Notes: a model not told the origin generated them from the letters alone. A stretch of 64,000 bases of DNA from an uncultured Thermoanaerobaculia bacterium (GCA_964440565.1 CAYTTB010000006.1:3199-67198), one strand, 5' to 3'; positions 1 to 12,891 are shown, counted from the stretch's first letter. A program made the numbers and translations.

Positions 1-84
1 TTCGAGGTGGACCTCCCCACCGCCCGTCGCGACCTCGACGCGTTCCTCGACGAGCTCGCCGGCGCCCTCCTGCCCCACGGCTGA
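1..84 (+). CDS. PqqD-family peptide chaperone (RRE-like), C-terminal fragment; 5' end lies outside the window
   Basis: Frame 1 reads FEVDLPTARRDLDAFLDELAGALLPHG, then TGA at 82-84. The acidic helical tail resembles PqqD/RRE C-termini. Only 27 aa are visible. Confidence 0.35.
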   Translation, partial: FEVDLPTARRDLDAFLDELAGALLPHG

Positions 85-107
85 GCGGCCCACGGCGGGG
101 CCGCAGG

Positions 108-1076
108 TCAGCTCCCCGCGGGCGCGAGGCGGGCGACGAGACTCGCGAGGGTCCCTGCGGGTTCGTCCAGGAGCCCCCGCCCCATCCGGACCTCGAACGC
201 CGGCAGCCGCTCGGCGGCCCGCGCCAGCACGGGAAGGAGCGCCGCCCGCTCCTCGCGGTACCGGGGGGCCAGGAACAGCGGGGAACCGGCGCGGATCAGC
301 GCCGCCAGAGCCTCACCGGCGGCGAGCCGCCGCACCCGGAACTCCGAGAGCCTGCGGTCGCGCCTGAGCTCCACCAGGACCACGGGCCGGACCGTGTCCG
401 CCGCGGCGCGGCCGCACCGGGACCGCCGGAGGACCCACCGCCGCTCCCACGGCAGGACGACCTCCTCGAGCCCCCTCGCCAGTCCGGGGGGTAGCAGCCG
501 CCAGCTCCCGGCACGGAACCAGAGGTCCCGGCGCAGGGGTCGCACCGCCATCCCCGGCCCGTCGAGGACCACCGCGTCGTCCGACGCCACCCGCCCGCCG
601 CTGGCGAGGACAGCCGCGGCCAGGGTGGACTTGCCCGCCTCCCGCCCGCCCACGACGACCATCCCCACGCCGTTCACCTCCACCGCCGCGGCGTGCAGCA
701 CCGCCGCGCCGTGGAGCGCCAGCGCGTGTTCCAGCGCCACACCCACCACCTCCACACTCCCGGCCGGGGGCGCCCCGACGGGAGACCGCAGCCTCACCTC
801 CGCCTCCCGCACGCCCGGGGCGATCGACACCGTGCCCCCGGGCACCACCACCCGGTCCGACCCGCCGGCGCGGCGGAGGCGTGCCCACCACCCGGGTCGG
901 CGGAGCGGAAGGCGCGCCGCCCGCGGCCGCACCTCCGCGACCCGCACCCGGTACCCCGCCGGCCCGCCGCACGGAACCGCGCACAGCGCGCGGCGCACCG
1001 CCTCCACCACCCCGGGAGGCGCCGAGAGGTGCACCGTCGCCACCTCCGCCACGCGCACGGTGGACGATGTCCGCAC
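108..1076 (-). CDS. HPr kinase/phosphorylase-like P-loop protein (HprK-related kinase)
   Basis: Track ORF 108..1283. It has a Walker-A-like VVGGREAGKSTLAAAVLASGG followed by VASDDAVVLDG, the arrangement of the HprK C-terminal domain family. The first ~50-70 codons of the track ORF overlap the divergent peptidase gene, so an in-frame GTG at 1076 is proposed as the start (uncertain). Confidence 0.55.
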   Translation of the reverse strand: MRTSSTVRVAEVATVHLSAPPGVVEAVRRALCAVPCGGPAGYRVRVAEVRPRAARLPLRRPGWWARLRRAGGSDRVVVPGGTVSIAPGVREAEVRLRSPVGAPPAGSVEVVGVALEHALALHGAAVLHAAAVEVNGVGMVVVGGREAGKSTLAAAVLASGGRVASDDAVVLDGPGMAVRPLRRDLWFRAGSWRLLPPGLARGLEEVVLPWERRWVLRRSRCGRAAADTVRPVVLVELRRDRRLSEFRVRRLAAGEALAALIRAGSPLFLAPRYREERAALLPVLARAAERLPAFEVRMGRGLLDEPAGTLASLVARLAPAGS

Positions 1077-1137
1077 CGTCCGATCATAGCCGGGTCGGGG
1101 TACACTGGCGGCTGGCGAACCCGCTCCGGAGGACGTG

Positions 1138-3291
<2,154 letters not shown>

Positions 3292-3980
3292 GCCGCGGCC
3301 GTGGCGGGCACCGCGTCGCCCACTGGAGGCGTGCGATGCCGCGCACCCACGGGTTCTCGAGGTACTTCACCGGGATCCACGCCTCGTCGGGGCGGTACGG
3401 AAACAGCGCGAGCCGCACCGGATGTCGAGTCCACCACGTCGGGCCAGAGCGTCACCTTCTCGAGCCCGTGCTCGTCGAAACGCAGCCCGAGCAACGCGCA
3501 GTTCACGCCCAGCACCGCGTCCGGCGGGATGGGCTCGCCCGTCCGCTCCCGGTACATCCTCGCCGCCGCCCTGGCGGTCCCCGGCGGCGCCACCAGCTCC
3601 TGGTGGTAGGTCACGGCGGCCTGGGTCTCGAGGAGCGCGAAGAAGCTCCCCCTCCCCACCGCCTGGAGCCCCACGACGTACAGGCCCTTCCAGCCGCCGG
3701 CGGAGATGGACGGGGGCAGGTCCCGCCCGTTGCCGTGCCGGGCCGGGCCTCGGCTCGCGCAGACACCGCGCCCGGCGGTGGGCATCGCGGGCCCCACTGT
3801 CACCCCGCGGGGCGGCCGGAGGTCGCGACGAGGGACCTCGCCGGAGGGAGGGGCGGTTCGGCGTCTCCGGCGTGAGCCCCCCGGGCCTGCGGCCCCGGGG
3901 GCCGTTCGAACGGCGCCGGAGAGCCGGCGGGTCTCACGGCGCCCGTGCCAGGGCCCCGGGCCGGCGGGGCCGGGAAGGCC

Positions 3981-5237
3981 TCAGACGAACAGCCTGCCGT
4001 TGGCGCTCTTGGCCCGGTCCCAGCGCTCGATGAGGTAGTACTTCTCGTGCTCGAACACCCGGAGGATGTTCTCCAGGTACTCCTCCGCCTCCCGTGCCGA
4101 GTGGCTGCGGGTCTTGTTGACGAACGACAGCACCCGGGCGTGATAGAGCGGGATCAGCGCCTCGAGCAGCGCCTCGCACTCGTCGTCGTGCCCCTCGCAC
4201 CCCTTGTACGCCACCGCGAAGTCGAACAGGACCTTCGCCCACAGCTGGGAACGCACGTAGAACGCGTCCTCCTCCAGGGCGCCGAGCCGCTCCACCTCCG
4301 CCATGACGGGCGCCGTGAGCACCCGCGCCCACAGCTCGCCGTGCCCCTCGAGACCGCGCCGGAAGCTCCGGTGGAGCGCCGCGGTGTCCACCTCCACCGC
4401 CGGCGGCTTCTCGTCCACCCCCAGCCCGAACCCGTAGATCGCCGAGGGGCGGCTCGCCTCGGTGTCCTTCCACAGGTACTCGAAGTCCACCATCAGGTCG
4501 AACAGGGTGGACACCACCTGGGTGAACATCTTCGACAGGTCCGCCGCCGGGTCCTTGGGGCGGTGGATCTTGGGGCTGCCGAGGAACGCCTGGCAGACGT
4601 TGAACCGGCGCGCGATGGCGATGGTGGTCATCCAGATGTCGATGCCGAAGCTCGCGACCTTCTCGTTCCACATCTTCTCGGCCAGGAACGCGCGCGCCAG
4701 GCGCCCGGAGAACCCGAAGTCGCCGCCGATCGGCTGCCGGACGCGCAGCCCGTACAGGGTGCGCAGCATCGGGTAGGCGATGTGGTTGGTGATGGTGCCG
4801 TCGTACTTGTGGCGGAGGTATATCGGGCTCACGTAGTCGAACCGTCCCGTCACCGGCTCCGCCAGCGCCCAGATCCAGCCGGGGGTGATGCTCTTGAGAT
4901 CCGCGTCCACCACCACCACCGCCCGCGCGCCCAGCTCCACCGCCGCCTTGAACAGGTTGCGCAGGTTGTTCCCCTTGCCCCGCACCCCGGGCGGGGTGGA
5001 GATGTACACCTTGGGCACCGGCGTGGGCGTGTCCAGGAACGCCTCCCGGGTGCCGTCCTCGGAGGCGTTGTCCACGTTGATGATGACGGAGGGGACACCC
5101 GGGAAGTACCGGTCCAGCCCCTCGCCCGCCATCGCCGTCGGCAGCGCGATGCTGTCCGCCTCGTTGTACGACGGGATGCCGACGATGATCTCCGCCGACG
5201 TCACGTGCTCCGGGTTCTCCACGATGGGTCGGTCCAC
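3981..5237 (-). CDS. GT-A fold glycosyltransferase (family 2-like; resembles compatible-solute type glucosyl/mannosyl-glycerate synthases)
   Basis: 418 aa. Motifs: IIVGIPSYNEADSI nucleotide-sugar binding start, VDNASEDGT, and VVVVDADL (DXD). The long helical C-terminal domain ends in KYYLIERW. GTG start at 5237. Confidence 0.7.
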   Translation of the reverse strand: MDRPIVENPEHVTSAEIIVGIPSYNEADSIALPTAMAGEGLDRYFPGVPSVIINVDNASEDGTREAFLDTPTPVPKVYISTPPGVRGKGNNLRNLFKAAVELGARAVVVVDADLKSITPGWIWALAEPVTGRFDYVSPIYLRHKYDGTITNHIAYPMLRTLYGLRVRQPIGGDFGFSGRLARAFLAEKMWNEKVASFGIDIWMTTIAIARRFNVCQAFLGSPKIHRPKDPAADLSKMFTQVVSTLFDLMVDFEYLWKDTEASRPSAIYGFGLGVDEKPPAVEVDTAALHRSFRRGLEGHGELWARVLTAPVMAEVERLGALEEDAFYVRSQLWAKVLFDFAVAYKGCEGHDDECEALLEALIPLYHARVLSFVNKTRSHSAREAEEYLENILRVFEHEKYYLIERWDRAKSANGRLFV

Positions 5238-5806
5238 TGCACCCCCCGCGCGATTGTACGGCCGGCCACCCGGACCGGCAACCGCGCCGCCTCCGCCGGG
5301 CCGCCGGCGGCGAGCCAGTTCTCCCCTGGCTCACCGCGGCGCACCCGGCCCTCGGCCACGGACGCACCTCGCTCGCCGGGGCGCCCGTCCCGACGGGCCC
5401 GACCGCGCCTCGCTCCGCGGCCGCTCGAGCCGCGTGACGACCCGCGGCACGGAGCCCGCGCGGTCGGCGGACGGCAGCGTCCACCCCGGACCGGCGGCAA
5501 CGCGCGCGGGCGCGGCGGCCGAGAGCGCGTCGAGGGCACGATCACGGACGCGGGCCCGGAAGCCGTCCCGGAGGTGGGGGCCGTCCCGCCGCAAGAGGAG
5601 TGTCCCCACCTCGACGCTCCGGCGCCGGCGCCGCCAGGGGCCCTCGAGCGGCCGGCGGCGGGGCCCTCGCCGCGCGGTGGTACGCTGGGGCGTGGCCCGC
5701 CCGCCGCGGCGCGGCGCCGGCCGGGAATCGCGCGCCGCCGCCGGCGGTTGCCGCAGGGCGGGAGCCGCCGCAGGGCGGTCGGCCCCGCCGCGAGGAGGAT
5801 CGTGCC

Positions 5807-8551
5807 GTGTCCGTGAACCGAGAGGAGCCGCCGCCGGTCCCGCCGCTGGTGTCGAGCCCGGAGTTCCTCGACGACCTGTACCGGCGGTGGAAGGCCGACC
5901 CCGCCTCGGTGGACGGGGCGTGGCGGTACTTCTTCCAGGGGTTCGAGCTGGCCATGTGCCCGCGCGACTGCGTGTCGGCGGAGCGGGCCCAGAAGCAGTC
6001 ACGGGTGGCGAGCCTGATCTACGCCTACCGCGACATCGGCCATCTCGTCGCCGACCTCGACCCGCTGGCGCCCCCTCCCGGGAGCCATCCGCTGCTGGAG
6101 CTTGCCGCGTTCGGGCTCGACGAGTCCGACCTGGACGAGGTGTTCGACACCGGTCACCTCGCCGGCGCCCCGAGGCGGGCGACGCTCGCCGAGATCCTGG
6201 CGATCCTGCGCGAGACGTACTGCCGCACCGTCGGGGTGGAGTACCTCCACATCCAGGACCCCAGGATCCGGCGCTGGCTGCAGGCAGAGATGGAGCCGCG
6301 GCGCAACCGCCCGCGCTTCCCGCCGGAGCTCCGGCTCGAGATCCTGGAGCACCTCACCGACGCCGAGCTGTTCGAGACGTTCCTCGGCAGCCGCTACCCC
6401 GGCCACAAGCGGTTCTCGCTCGAGGGGGCGGAGGCGCTGATCCCGGCGCTGCACGACGGGATCGTGGAGCTCGCCCCGGAGCTGGGCGTGGAGGAGATCG
6501 TCATCGGGATGGCCCACCGCGGCCGGCTCAACGTCCTCGCCAACATCCTGGACAAGCCGTACGAGCTGATCCTGTCCGAGTTCGAGGACGTGCCGCTGCC
6601 GGACATGTACGGCGGCGACGGCGACGTGAAGTACCACCGCGGGTTCTCCTCCGACCACGTCAGCCGCAGCGGCCGTCCGCTGCACATCAGCCTCGCCGCC
6701 AACCCCAGCCACCTCGAGGCGGTGGACCCGGTGGTGGAGGGGAAGGCGCGGGCCAAGCAGCGCCGTCGCGGGGACACCGAGCGCCGGAGGAAGGTCGTCC
6801 CCGTGCTCATCCACGGCGACGCCGCCTTCGCCGGCCAGGGGCTGGTGGCCGAGACCCTCGAGCTCTCGCAGCTGCCCGGTTACCGCACGGGCGGCACGGT
6901 GCACATCGTGATCGACAACCGGATCGGGTTCACCACCAGGCCGGAGGAGGCGCGCTCCACCCGCTACCCCACCGACGTGGCCAAGATGGTGGACGCCCCC
7001 ATCTTCCACGTCAACGGTGACGACCCGGAGGCGGTGGTGTACGTGACCCAGCTCGCCCTCCGCTTCCGGCAGGAGTTCGGCCGCGACGCGGTGGTGGACA
7101 TCGTCTGCTACCGGCGCCACGGCCACAACGAGGGCGACGAGCCCGCCTTCACCCAGCCGGTGCTCTACGAGCGGATCCGCCAGCACCCCCCGGTGCGGGT
7201 GCTGTACCGCCGTCGGCTGGTGGAGGAGGGGGTGCTCACGCCCGAGGAGGCGGACCGGCGGGCGAAGGAGTTCCGCGAGCGGCTCGACGCCGCCCACCGG
7301 ACGGTCAAGGTCGCCTGCCCCCTTCCCGACCCCGAGGAGCTCGCCTACGGCGGGGTCTGGAAGGGGCTCGACCGGCCGTACCGCCACGATCCCGTGGCCA
7401 CCGGCGTCGCCAGGGCCGACCTGGAGGCCGTGGGCCGGGCGCTGACCACCGTGCCGGACGGGTTCCGGGTCAACCCGAAGGTGGCCCGCCTGCTCGAGCG
7501 CCGCCGCCGCGCCGTGGCCGGGGAGGGGCCGGTGGACTGGCCGCTGGCCGAGCTGCTCGCCTTCGGCACGCTCCTGCTCGAGGGGGTCCCTGTCCGTCTC
7601 TCGGGCCAGGACTCCGAGCGCGGGACGTTCTCGCAGCGCCACGCCGCCTGGTACGACGTGCAGACGCAGGAGCGGTACGTCCCCCTCGACCACATCCGCG
7701 AGGGGCAGGCGCGGTTCTGCGTGTACAACTCGATGCTGTCCGAGGCCGCGGTGCTGGGCTTCGACTACGGCTACTCGCTGGTGGAGCCCCACATGCTGGT
7801 GGTGTGGGAGGCGCAGTTCGGCGACTTCGCCAACGGCGCGCAGGTGATCTTCGACCAGTTCATCGCCGCGGCGCGGGCCAAGTGGCAGCGGTCCTCGGGG
7901 CTGGTGATGCTGCTGCCGCACGGGTACGAGGGTCAGGGCCCCGAGCACTCCAACGCCTACCTGGAGCGGTACCTCGCGGCGTGCGCGGAGGACAACATCC
8001 AGGTCTGCCACCCCACCACCGCCGCCCAGTACTTCCACCTCCTGCGGCGGCAGCTGAAGCGGCCGTTCCGGCTGCCGCTGGTGATCATGACCCCCAAGGG
8101 GATGCTGCGCTCGCCGAAGATGGCCTCGCCGATCGAGGAGCTCGAGCGGGGGCGGTTCCACGAGGTGCTCGACGACCCGGCCCCGCCCGGGGCCCCCGAG
8201 CGGCTGGTGCTCTGCTCGGGGAAGGTGTTCTGGGAGCTCGCCGAGGAGCGCGACCGCGCCGGCGCGCCGGCAGCCCTGGTGCGGGTGGAGCAGCTCTACC
8301 CGTTCCACGAGGAGCTGCTGCGGGAGGTGACGGGCCGGTACGCGGGGGTCCGGGAGGTGGTGTGGGCTCAGGAGGAGCCGGCCAACCGCGGCGCGTGGAG
8401 CTTCATGTTCCCGCGCCTGCTGGAGCTGTTCCCGGAGACGCCGGTGCGGTACGCCGGCCGGCCGCCCTCGGCGAGCCCGGCGACGGGGTCGCTGCGCGTG
8501 CACCGGGAGGAGCAGGCGGCGCTCGTCCGCGACGCGCTGGGGATCGCCTGA
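5807..8551 (+). CDS. sucA: 2-oxoglutarate dehydrogenase E1 component
   Basis: In the frame of ORF 5600..8551. [31 protein letters not shown] is the canonical E1o N-terminus. The ThDP-binding region reads [15 protein letters not shown]...[10 protein letters not shown], and the transketolase-like C-terminus reads [14 protein letters not shown] 5807 lies 8 nt after GAGGAGGA; the upstream part of the ORF is Arg/Pro/Gly junk. Confidence 0.93.
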   Translation: MSVNREEPPPVPPLVSSPEFLDDLYRRWKADPASVDGAWRYFFQGFELAMCPRDCVSAERAQKQSRVASLIYAYRDIGHLVADLDPLAPPPGSHPLLELAAFGLDESDLDEVFDTGHLAGAPRRATLAEILAILRETYCRTVGVEYLHIQDPRIRRWLQAEMEPRRNRPRFPPELRLEILEHLTDAELFETFLGSRYPGHKRFSLEGAEALIPALHDGIVELAPELGVEEIVIGMAHRGRLNVLANILDKPYELILSEFEDVPLPDMYGGDGDVKYHRGFSSDHVSRSGRPLHISLAANPSHLEAVDPVVEGKARAKQRRRGDTERRRKVVPVLIHGDAAFAGQGLVAETLELSQLPGYRTGGTVHIVIDNRIGFTTRPEEARSTRYPTDVAKMVDAPIFHVNGDDPEAVVYVTQLALRFRQEFGRDAVVDIVCYRRHGHNEGDEPAFTQPVLYERIRQHPPVRVLYRRRLVEEGVLTPEEADRRAKEFRERLDAAHRTVKVACPLPDPEELAYGGVWKGLDRPYRHDPVATGVARADLEAVGRALTTVPDGFRVNPKVARLLERRRRAVAGEGPVDWPLAELLAFGTLLLEGVPVRLSGQDSERGTFSQRHAAWYDVQTQERYVPLDHIREGQARFCVYNSMLSEAAVLGFDYGYSLVEPHMLVVWEAQFGDFANGAQVIFDQFIAAARAKWQRSSGLVMLLPHGYEGQGPEHSNAYLERYLAACAEDNIQVCHPTTAAQYFHLLRRQLKRPFRLPLVIMTPKGMLRSPKMASPIEELERGRFHEVLDDPAPPGAPERLVLCSGKVFWELAEERDRAGAPAALVRVEQLYPFHEELLREVTGRYAGVREVVWAQEEPANRGAWSFMFPRLLELFPETPVRYAGRPPSASPATGSLRVHREEQAALVRDALGIA

Positions 8552-8576
8552 GAGCGGCCCGGCGGAGGAGGAACTC

Positions 8577-9929
8577 ATGACCGTCGAGGTGAAGGTCCCG
8601 TCGGTGGGGGAGTCGGTGGAGGAGGGGCTGCTCGCGGAGTGGCTCAAGGGCGACGGCGAGGCGGTGGCCGCCGACGAGCCGCTCTACGTGCTGGAGACGG
8701 ACAAGGTCACCATGACCGTCAACGCCGAGACCGCGGGACGGCTCGAGATCGTGGTGCCGGCGGGGGAGACCGTGCGGGTGGGCCAGGTGGTGGCCAGGAT
8801 CGATCCCGACGCCGCGGGCTCCACGCCCCCGCGGGAGGAGGCGGCGCCGGCGGCCGGCCACGCCGCGGGGTCCGCCACGCCCCCGCCGGTGCCGGAGGCC
8901 CCGCACCCGGAGCCGGGGCCGCCGCTCACGGTCCCCGCGGGGGCGCCCCAGGCGGCCGCGAAGCTGGAGGCGGCGGCCCACCTCTCGCCGGCGGTGCGCC
9001 GCCTGGTGCTGGAGCGGGGGCTCGACCCCGCCCGCATCCCCGCCACCGGCCCCGGCGGCCGGATCACCAAGGAGGACGTGCTCCGCCACCTCCAGGAGCT
9101 CGACGCCGCCCGCACCGCCCCCGCCGCGGAGGCCCCGGGACCGGCGGAGCCCGCCGGGGCCGCCACGGCTGCCGCGGAAGAGGCCGCGCCGGCCACGGCG
9201 CGCGCCGCCGCCGGGGCGGGCCGTCCCCGGCAGACCCGGCGGAAGATGTCGCCGCTCAGGCTGCGGCTCGCGGAGCGCCTGGTCCAGGCCCAGCGCACCG
9301 CGGCCATGCTCACCACCTTCAACGAGGCCGACATGAGCCGGGTGCTCGAGCTGCGCGCCCGCTGGCGGGAGGCGTTCGAGCGCGAGCACGGGGTGCGCCT
9401 CGGGCTCATGAGCTTCTTCGTCAAGGCGGTGGTGCGGGCACTCCAGGACCATCCCGAGGTCAACGCCTTCATCGAGGGCGACGAGATCGTGACCAACCAC
9501 TACTACGACATCGGGATCGCGGTCTCCACCGAGCGCGGGCTGGTGGTGCCGGTGCTGCGCGACGCCGACCGGCTCTCCTTCGCGGGAATCGAGCGCGGCA
9601 TCGCCACCCTCGCCGAGCGCGCGCGCACCGGGAAGCTCACGCTGTACGACCTCGCGGGCGGCGTGTTCACCATCACCAACGGCGGGGTGTTCGGCTCCCT
9701 GCTCTCCACGCCGATCCTCAACCCGCCCCAGAGCGCGATCCTCGGCATGCACGCGATCCAGAAGCGCCCCGTGGTGGTGGGGCCCGACGACCGGATCGAG
9801 GTCCGCCCCATGATGTACCTCGCGCTGTCGTACGATCACCGCCTGATCGACGGCCGCGAGGCGGTCGCGTTCCTGCGCCGGATCGTGGAGTGCCTCGAGG
9901 ACCCCGAGCGGCTGCTGCTGGAGGTGTGA
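8577..9929 (+). CDS. sucB: dihydrolipoyllysine-residue succinyltransferase (E2o)
   Basis: Lipoyl domain with [10 protein letters not shown], Ala/Pro linker, E3-binding domain ([32 protein letters not shown]), and catalytic domain ending in [13 protein letters not shown]. The RBS GGAGGAGG sits upstream of the ATG. Confidence 0.93.
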   Translation: MTVEVKVPSVGESVEEGLLAEWLKGDGEAVAADEPLYVLETDKVTMTVNAETAGRLEIVVPAGETVRVGQVVARIDPDAAGSTPPREEAAPAAGHAAGSATPPPVPEAPHPEPGPPLTVPAGAPQAAAKLEAAAHLSPAVRRLVLERGLDPARIPATGPGGRITKEDVLRHLQELDAARTAPAAEAPGPAEPAGAATAAAEEAAPATARAAAGAGRPRQTRRKMSPLRLRLAERLVQAQRTAAMLTTFNEADMSRVLELRARWREAFEREHGVRLGLMSFFVKAVVRALQDHPEVNAFIEGDEIVTNHYYDIGIAVSTERGLVVPVLRDADRLSFAGIERGIATLAERARTGKLTLYDLAGGVFTITNGGVFGSLLSTPILNPPQSAILGMHAIQKRPVVVGPDDRIEVRPMMYLALSYDHRLIDGREAVAFLRRIVECLEDPERLLLEV

Positions 9930-9930
9930 G

Positions 9931-11325
9931 ATGGGCGAGCGCGACGTGGTGGTGATCGGCGGCGGCCCCGGCGGGTACGTCGCCGCGATCCGGGCCGCCC
10001 AGCTGGGCCTCGGGGTGGCCCTGGTGGACGACGGCCCCGCTCTCGGCGGCACCTGCCTCAACGTGGGGTGCATCCCCTCCAAGGCGCTGCTCGAGTCGAG
10101 CGAGCTGTACTGGGCCGCCCGCCACCGGTTCGCCGGTCACGGGATCCACGTGGAGCCCCGGCTCGACCTCGCCGCCATGCAGGAGCGCAAGCGGCGGATC
10201 GTGGCCGAGCTCACCGCCGGGATCGGCCTGCTCATGAAGAAGCACCGGATCGAGGTGGTGCGCGGCCGCGGCCGGCTGCTGGGCCCGGGCCGGGTCGCGG
10301 TCCCGGGCCCGGAGGGCGAGCGCCTCCTCGAGTGCCGGCACGTGATCCTCGCGATGGGCTCGGTGCCGGTGGAGCTTCCCGGCCTTCCGTTCGACGAGGA
10401 GCGGATCCTCTCCTCCACCGGGGCGCTGGAGCTGCCCGAGGTACCGGAGCACCTGGTGGTGGTGGGCGCGGGGGCGATCGGGCTGGAGCTCGGCAGCGTC
10501 TGGGCCCGCCTCGGGGCCCGGGTCACGGTGGTGGAGGCGCTCGACCGGATCGTCCCCTTCGCCGACCGCCAGCTCGCGAGGCGGCTCCGGAAGGCGCTCG
10601 AGGCGCAGGGTCTCGCGTTCCGCCTGCGCTCGACGGTGGCCGCGGCCGTCCCCGCGGGCGAGGGGCTCGAGGTCACGGTGGAAGGCCCGGAGGGGGCCGT
10701 CGAGACGCTTTCCTGCGACCGCCTGCTGGTGGCGGTGGGACGCCGGCCCGCCACCGCCGGCCAGGGGCTCGCGGAGGCCGGGGTCCGGCTCGACGAGCGC
10801 GGCTTCGTGGTGGTGGATGGGGCCGGCCGCACCTCGGTGGACGGCGTGTGGGCCATCGGCGACCTCACGCCGGGCCCGATGCTCGCCCACCGCGCCTCGG
10901 AGGAGGGGGTGGCGGTGGCGGAGCGCATCGCGGGGCTGCCCGGGCACGTGGATCGCGACCTGATCCCCAGCGTGGTGTACACCGCTCCGGAGCTCGCCGC
11001 GGTGGGCCGCACCGAGGAGGAGCTCGAGGCCGCCGGGGTGCCGTACCGGGTGGGACGGTTCGCGTTCCGGGCCAACGGACGCGCCAGGAGCCTGGGCGAG
11101 GTGGAGGGACTGGTGAAGGTGCTCGCGCACGCCGAGAGCGACCGGATCCTGGGGGTGCACATGCTGGGGCCGCGGGTGTCCGAGCTGATCCACGAGGCGG
11201 TGGTGGCGATGGCGTTCGCCGCCTCCTCCGAGGACCTCGCCCGGATCGTCCACGCCCACCCCACCCTGGCCGAGGTGGTGCACGAGGCGGCGCTCGCGGT
11301 GGAGAGACGCCAGATCCATGGGTGA
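9931..11325 (+). CDS. lpdA: dihydrolipoyl dehydrogenase (E3)
   Basis: FAD fingerprint VVVIGGGPGGYVAA, redox-active disulfide GGTCLNVGCIPSK, and C-terminal interface HAHPTLAEV. It starts 1 nt after the sucB stop. Confidence 0.93.
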   Translation: MGERDVVVIGGGPGGYVAAIRAAQLGLGVALVDDGPALGGTCLNVGCIPSKALLESSELYWAARHRFAGHGIHVEPRLDLAAMQERKRRIVAELTAGIGLLMKKHRIEVVRGRGRLLGPGRVAVPGPEGERLLECRHVILAMGSVPVELPGLPFDEERILSSTGALELPEVPEHLVVVGAGAIGLELGSVWARLGARVTVVEALDRIVPFADRQLARRLRKALEAQGLAFRLRSTVAAAVPAGEGLEVTVEGPEGAVETLSCDRLLVAVGRRPATAGQGLAEAGVRLDERGFVVVDGAGRTSVDGVWAIGDLTPGPMLAHRASEEGVAVAERIAGLPGHVDRDLIPSVVYTAPELAAVGRTEEELEAAGVPYRVGRFAFRANGRARSLGEVEGLVKVLAHAESDRILGVHMLGPRVSELIHEAVVAMAFAASSEDLARIVHAHPTLAEVVHEAALAVERRQIHG

Positions 11326-12424
11326 GGCGCTCGTCGTCCGCTACCGGCTGGCGGTGCCGGACGGCGGCGCCGCCCGCGACCTCGCCCGCCGCATCGCCCA
11401 CGAGCAGACCGTGGAGCTGCCGCCCGCGGCGGTCCCCGGGCACCTCCGCGGGACCGTGCCGGGCCGGATCCTCGCCGTGCGCCCCGCGGGCGGCGCCCAC
11501 CTCGCGGAGATCGCGTACGCACCGTGGCAGGCGGGCCGGGACCTCGCCCAGCTGCTCAACCTGATCTACGGCAACGTCTCCATGTACGGCGGGGTACGGG
11601 TGGAAGCGGTGGCCTGGCCGGAGCCGGTGCTGGCCGCCCACCCCGGCCCCCGCCACGGGCCGGAGGGGCTGCGCCGCCTGGCCGGGGTCTCCCGCCGCCG
11701 GCCGCTGCTCGCCTCGGCCCTCAAGCCCATGGGCCTCGACCCCGCGGCGCTCGCTCGCCTCGCCCACGAGCTGGCCGCGGGCGGGGTGGACCTCGTCAAG
11801 GACGACCACGGGCTCGCCGACCAGGAGCCGGCACCGCTTGCCGAGCGCATCGCGCGCTGCGCCGAGGCGGTGGCGGAGGCCAACGCCCGTCACCGGCGCT
11901 CGGCGCTGTACCTGCCCAACCTCACCGGGCCGCCGTCGCGGATGGAGCGCGGCGCCGAGGCGGCCCTCGCCGCGGGCTGCCGGGCGGCGCTGGTGAGCCC
12001 GCTGCTCGCCGGCCTCGACGCGGCGGCCGCGCTCGCCCGCGACACCGGTCTCGCGCTGCTCGCCCATCCGGCGCTCGCGGGCGCGTTCTTCGGCCCGGAG
12101 GCCGGGATCGCTCCCGAGGTGCTGCTGGGCGAGGTGTTCCGGCTGGCCGGGGCCGACGGCGTGATCTTCCCCGACGCCGGAGGACGGTTCCCGTTCGACC
12201 GCGCCGCCTGCGAGCGCATCGGGACGGCGTGCCGGCGGGAGCTCGGTCCCGTCGGACCCGCCGCGCCGGTGCCCGCCGGAGGGATCGACGCCGCCAGGGC
12301 CGGCGAGGCGGCGCGCCGCTGGGGGCCCGACACCGTCCTGCTCCTCGGGGGATCGCTGCTCGCGACCGGGGATCCGCGCGCCGCGGCGGCGCGGGTGCGC
12401 GAGGCGCTGGAGGAGACGGCATGA
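11318..12424 (+). CDS. RuBisCO large-subunit-like protein (form IV RLP), not a carboxylase
   Basis: 368 aa. RRPLLASALKPMGL aligns to RbcL RPLLGCTIKPKLGL. AAGGVDLVKDDHGL aligns to RGGLDFTKDDEN. LLAHPALAG aligns to the H294 region. PVPAGGID and LLLGGSLL align to PVASGGIH and the GG loop. By-eye alignment gives K177 to M, E204 to H, R295 to P. The ATG overlaps the lpdA stop by 8 nt. Confidence 0.8.
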   Translation: MGEALVVRYRLAVPDGGAARDLARRIAHEQTVELPPAAVPGHLRGTVPGRILAVRPAGGAHLAEIAYAPWQAGRDLAQLLNLIYGNVSMYGGVRVEAVAWPEPVLAAHPGPRHGPEGLRRLAGVSRRRPLLASALKPMGLDPAALARLAHELAAGGVDLVKDDHGLADQEPAPLAERIARCAEAVAEANARHRRSALYLPNLTGPPSRMERGAEAALAAGCRAALVSPLLAGLDAAAALARDTGLALLAHPALAGAFFGPEAGIAPEVLLGEVFRLAGADGVIFPDAGGRFPFDRAACERIGTACRRELGPVGPAAPVPAGGIDAARAGEAARRWGPDTVLLLGGSLLATGDPRAAAARVREALEETA

Positions 12425-12891
12425 GCGGCTCCCGCGTCCTCCGTCACACCGGTTCCGGCTGGGAGGGGGTCGAGCCCACCCGCTACAAGGACCGGCCGGC
12501 GCTCTTCGCCCACATCGTCCGGCACACCCTCCTCGGCGGCGACGCCGACCCGGGGCTGCCGTTCGAGGTGCGCTGCTTCGAGATCGCCCCGGGCGGCTAC
12601 TCGTCGCTGGAACGTCACGAGCACCCGCACGCCGTGGTGATCGTCCGGGGGCGGGGCGAGGTGATCCTCGCCACCGAGGTGCACGACGTGAAGCCCCTCG
12701 ACGCGGTTCACATCGCCCCCGACACCCTCCACCAGCTCCACGCCTCGCGCGGCGAGCCGCTCCTCTTCCTGTGCGTGGTCCCGCGCCACCGCGACCGCCC
12801 GCGCGTCGCCACCCCCGAGGAGGTCCGCGCCCTCGCCGCAGCGAACCCCGACGCCGCCCGGCTGCTGCGGCGGGCGGGGCTCCTGACCTGA
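12421..12891 (+). CDS. cupin-domain protein
   Basis: 156 aa in the frame of ORF 11524..12891, starting at ATG 12421 (ATGA overlap with the RLP stop). Cupin motif 1 is GGYSSLERHEHPHAVVIVRG; motif 2 is VHIAPDTLHQLHA. Confidence 0.7.
   Translation: MSGSRVLRHTGSGWEGVEPTRYKDRPALFAHIVRHTLLGGDADPGLPFEVRCFEIAPGGYSSLERHEHPHAVVIVRGRGEVILATEVHDVKPLDAVHIAPDTLHQLHASRGEPLLFLCVVPRHRDRPRVATPEEVRALAAANPDAARLLRRAGLLT

Noticed and set aside
5331-5609. Possible 92-aa minus-strand ORF (GTG 5609, GGAG 8 nt upstream) inside the 570-bp gap between the GT-A gene and sucA. It shows fairly high third-position GC.
   Set aside because: No recognisable motif. The sequence is Arg/Ala/Pro-rich (…DGPHLRDGFRARVRDRALDALSAAAPARVAAGPGW…). 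Periodicity alone is weak evidence in this composition, so I left it unreported as a feature. It is worth a BLASTP/RNA-seq check.
5693-5708. Sigma-54-like spacing TGGCCCGCCCGCCGCG upstream of sucA
   Set aside because: Only the GG and GC dinucleotides fit. It lacks the CAC and TTGC signature bases, so it is the kind of match expected by chance in GC-rich DNA.
5600-5806. N-terminal 69-codon extension of the sucA ORF
   Set aside because: The extension is low-complexity ([23 protein letters not shown]...). The conserved E1o N-terminus begins right after GTG 5807, which has a strong GAGGAGGA RBS.
11318-12424. Bona fide RuBisCO large subunit (CO2 fixation)
   Set aside because: The protein is too short (368 aa). 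No small subunit, PRK or carboxysome genes are nearby. By-eye alignment shows substitutions at K177, E204 and R295 and other catalytic positions. It therefore fits a form IV RuBisCO-like protein.
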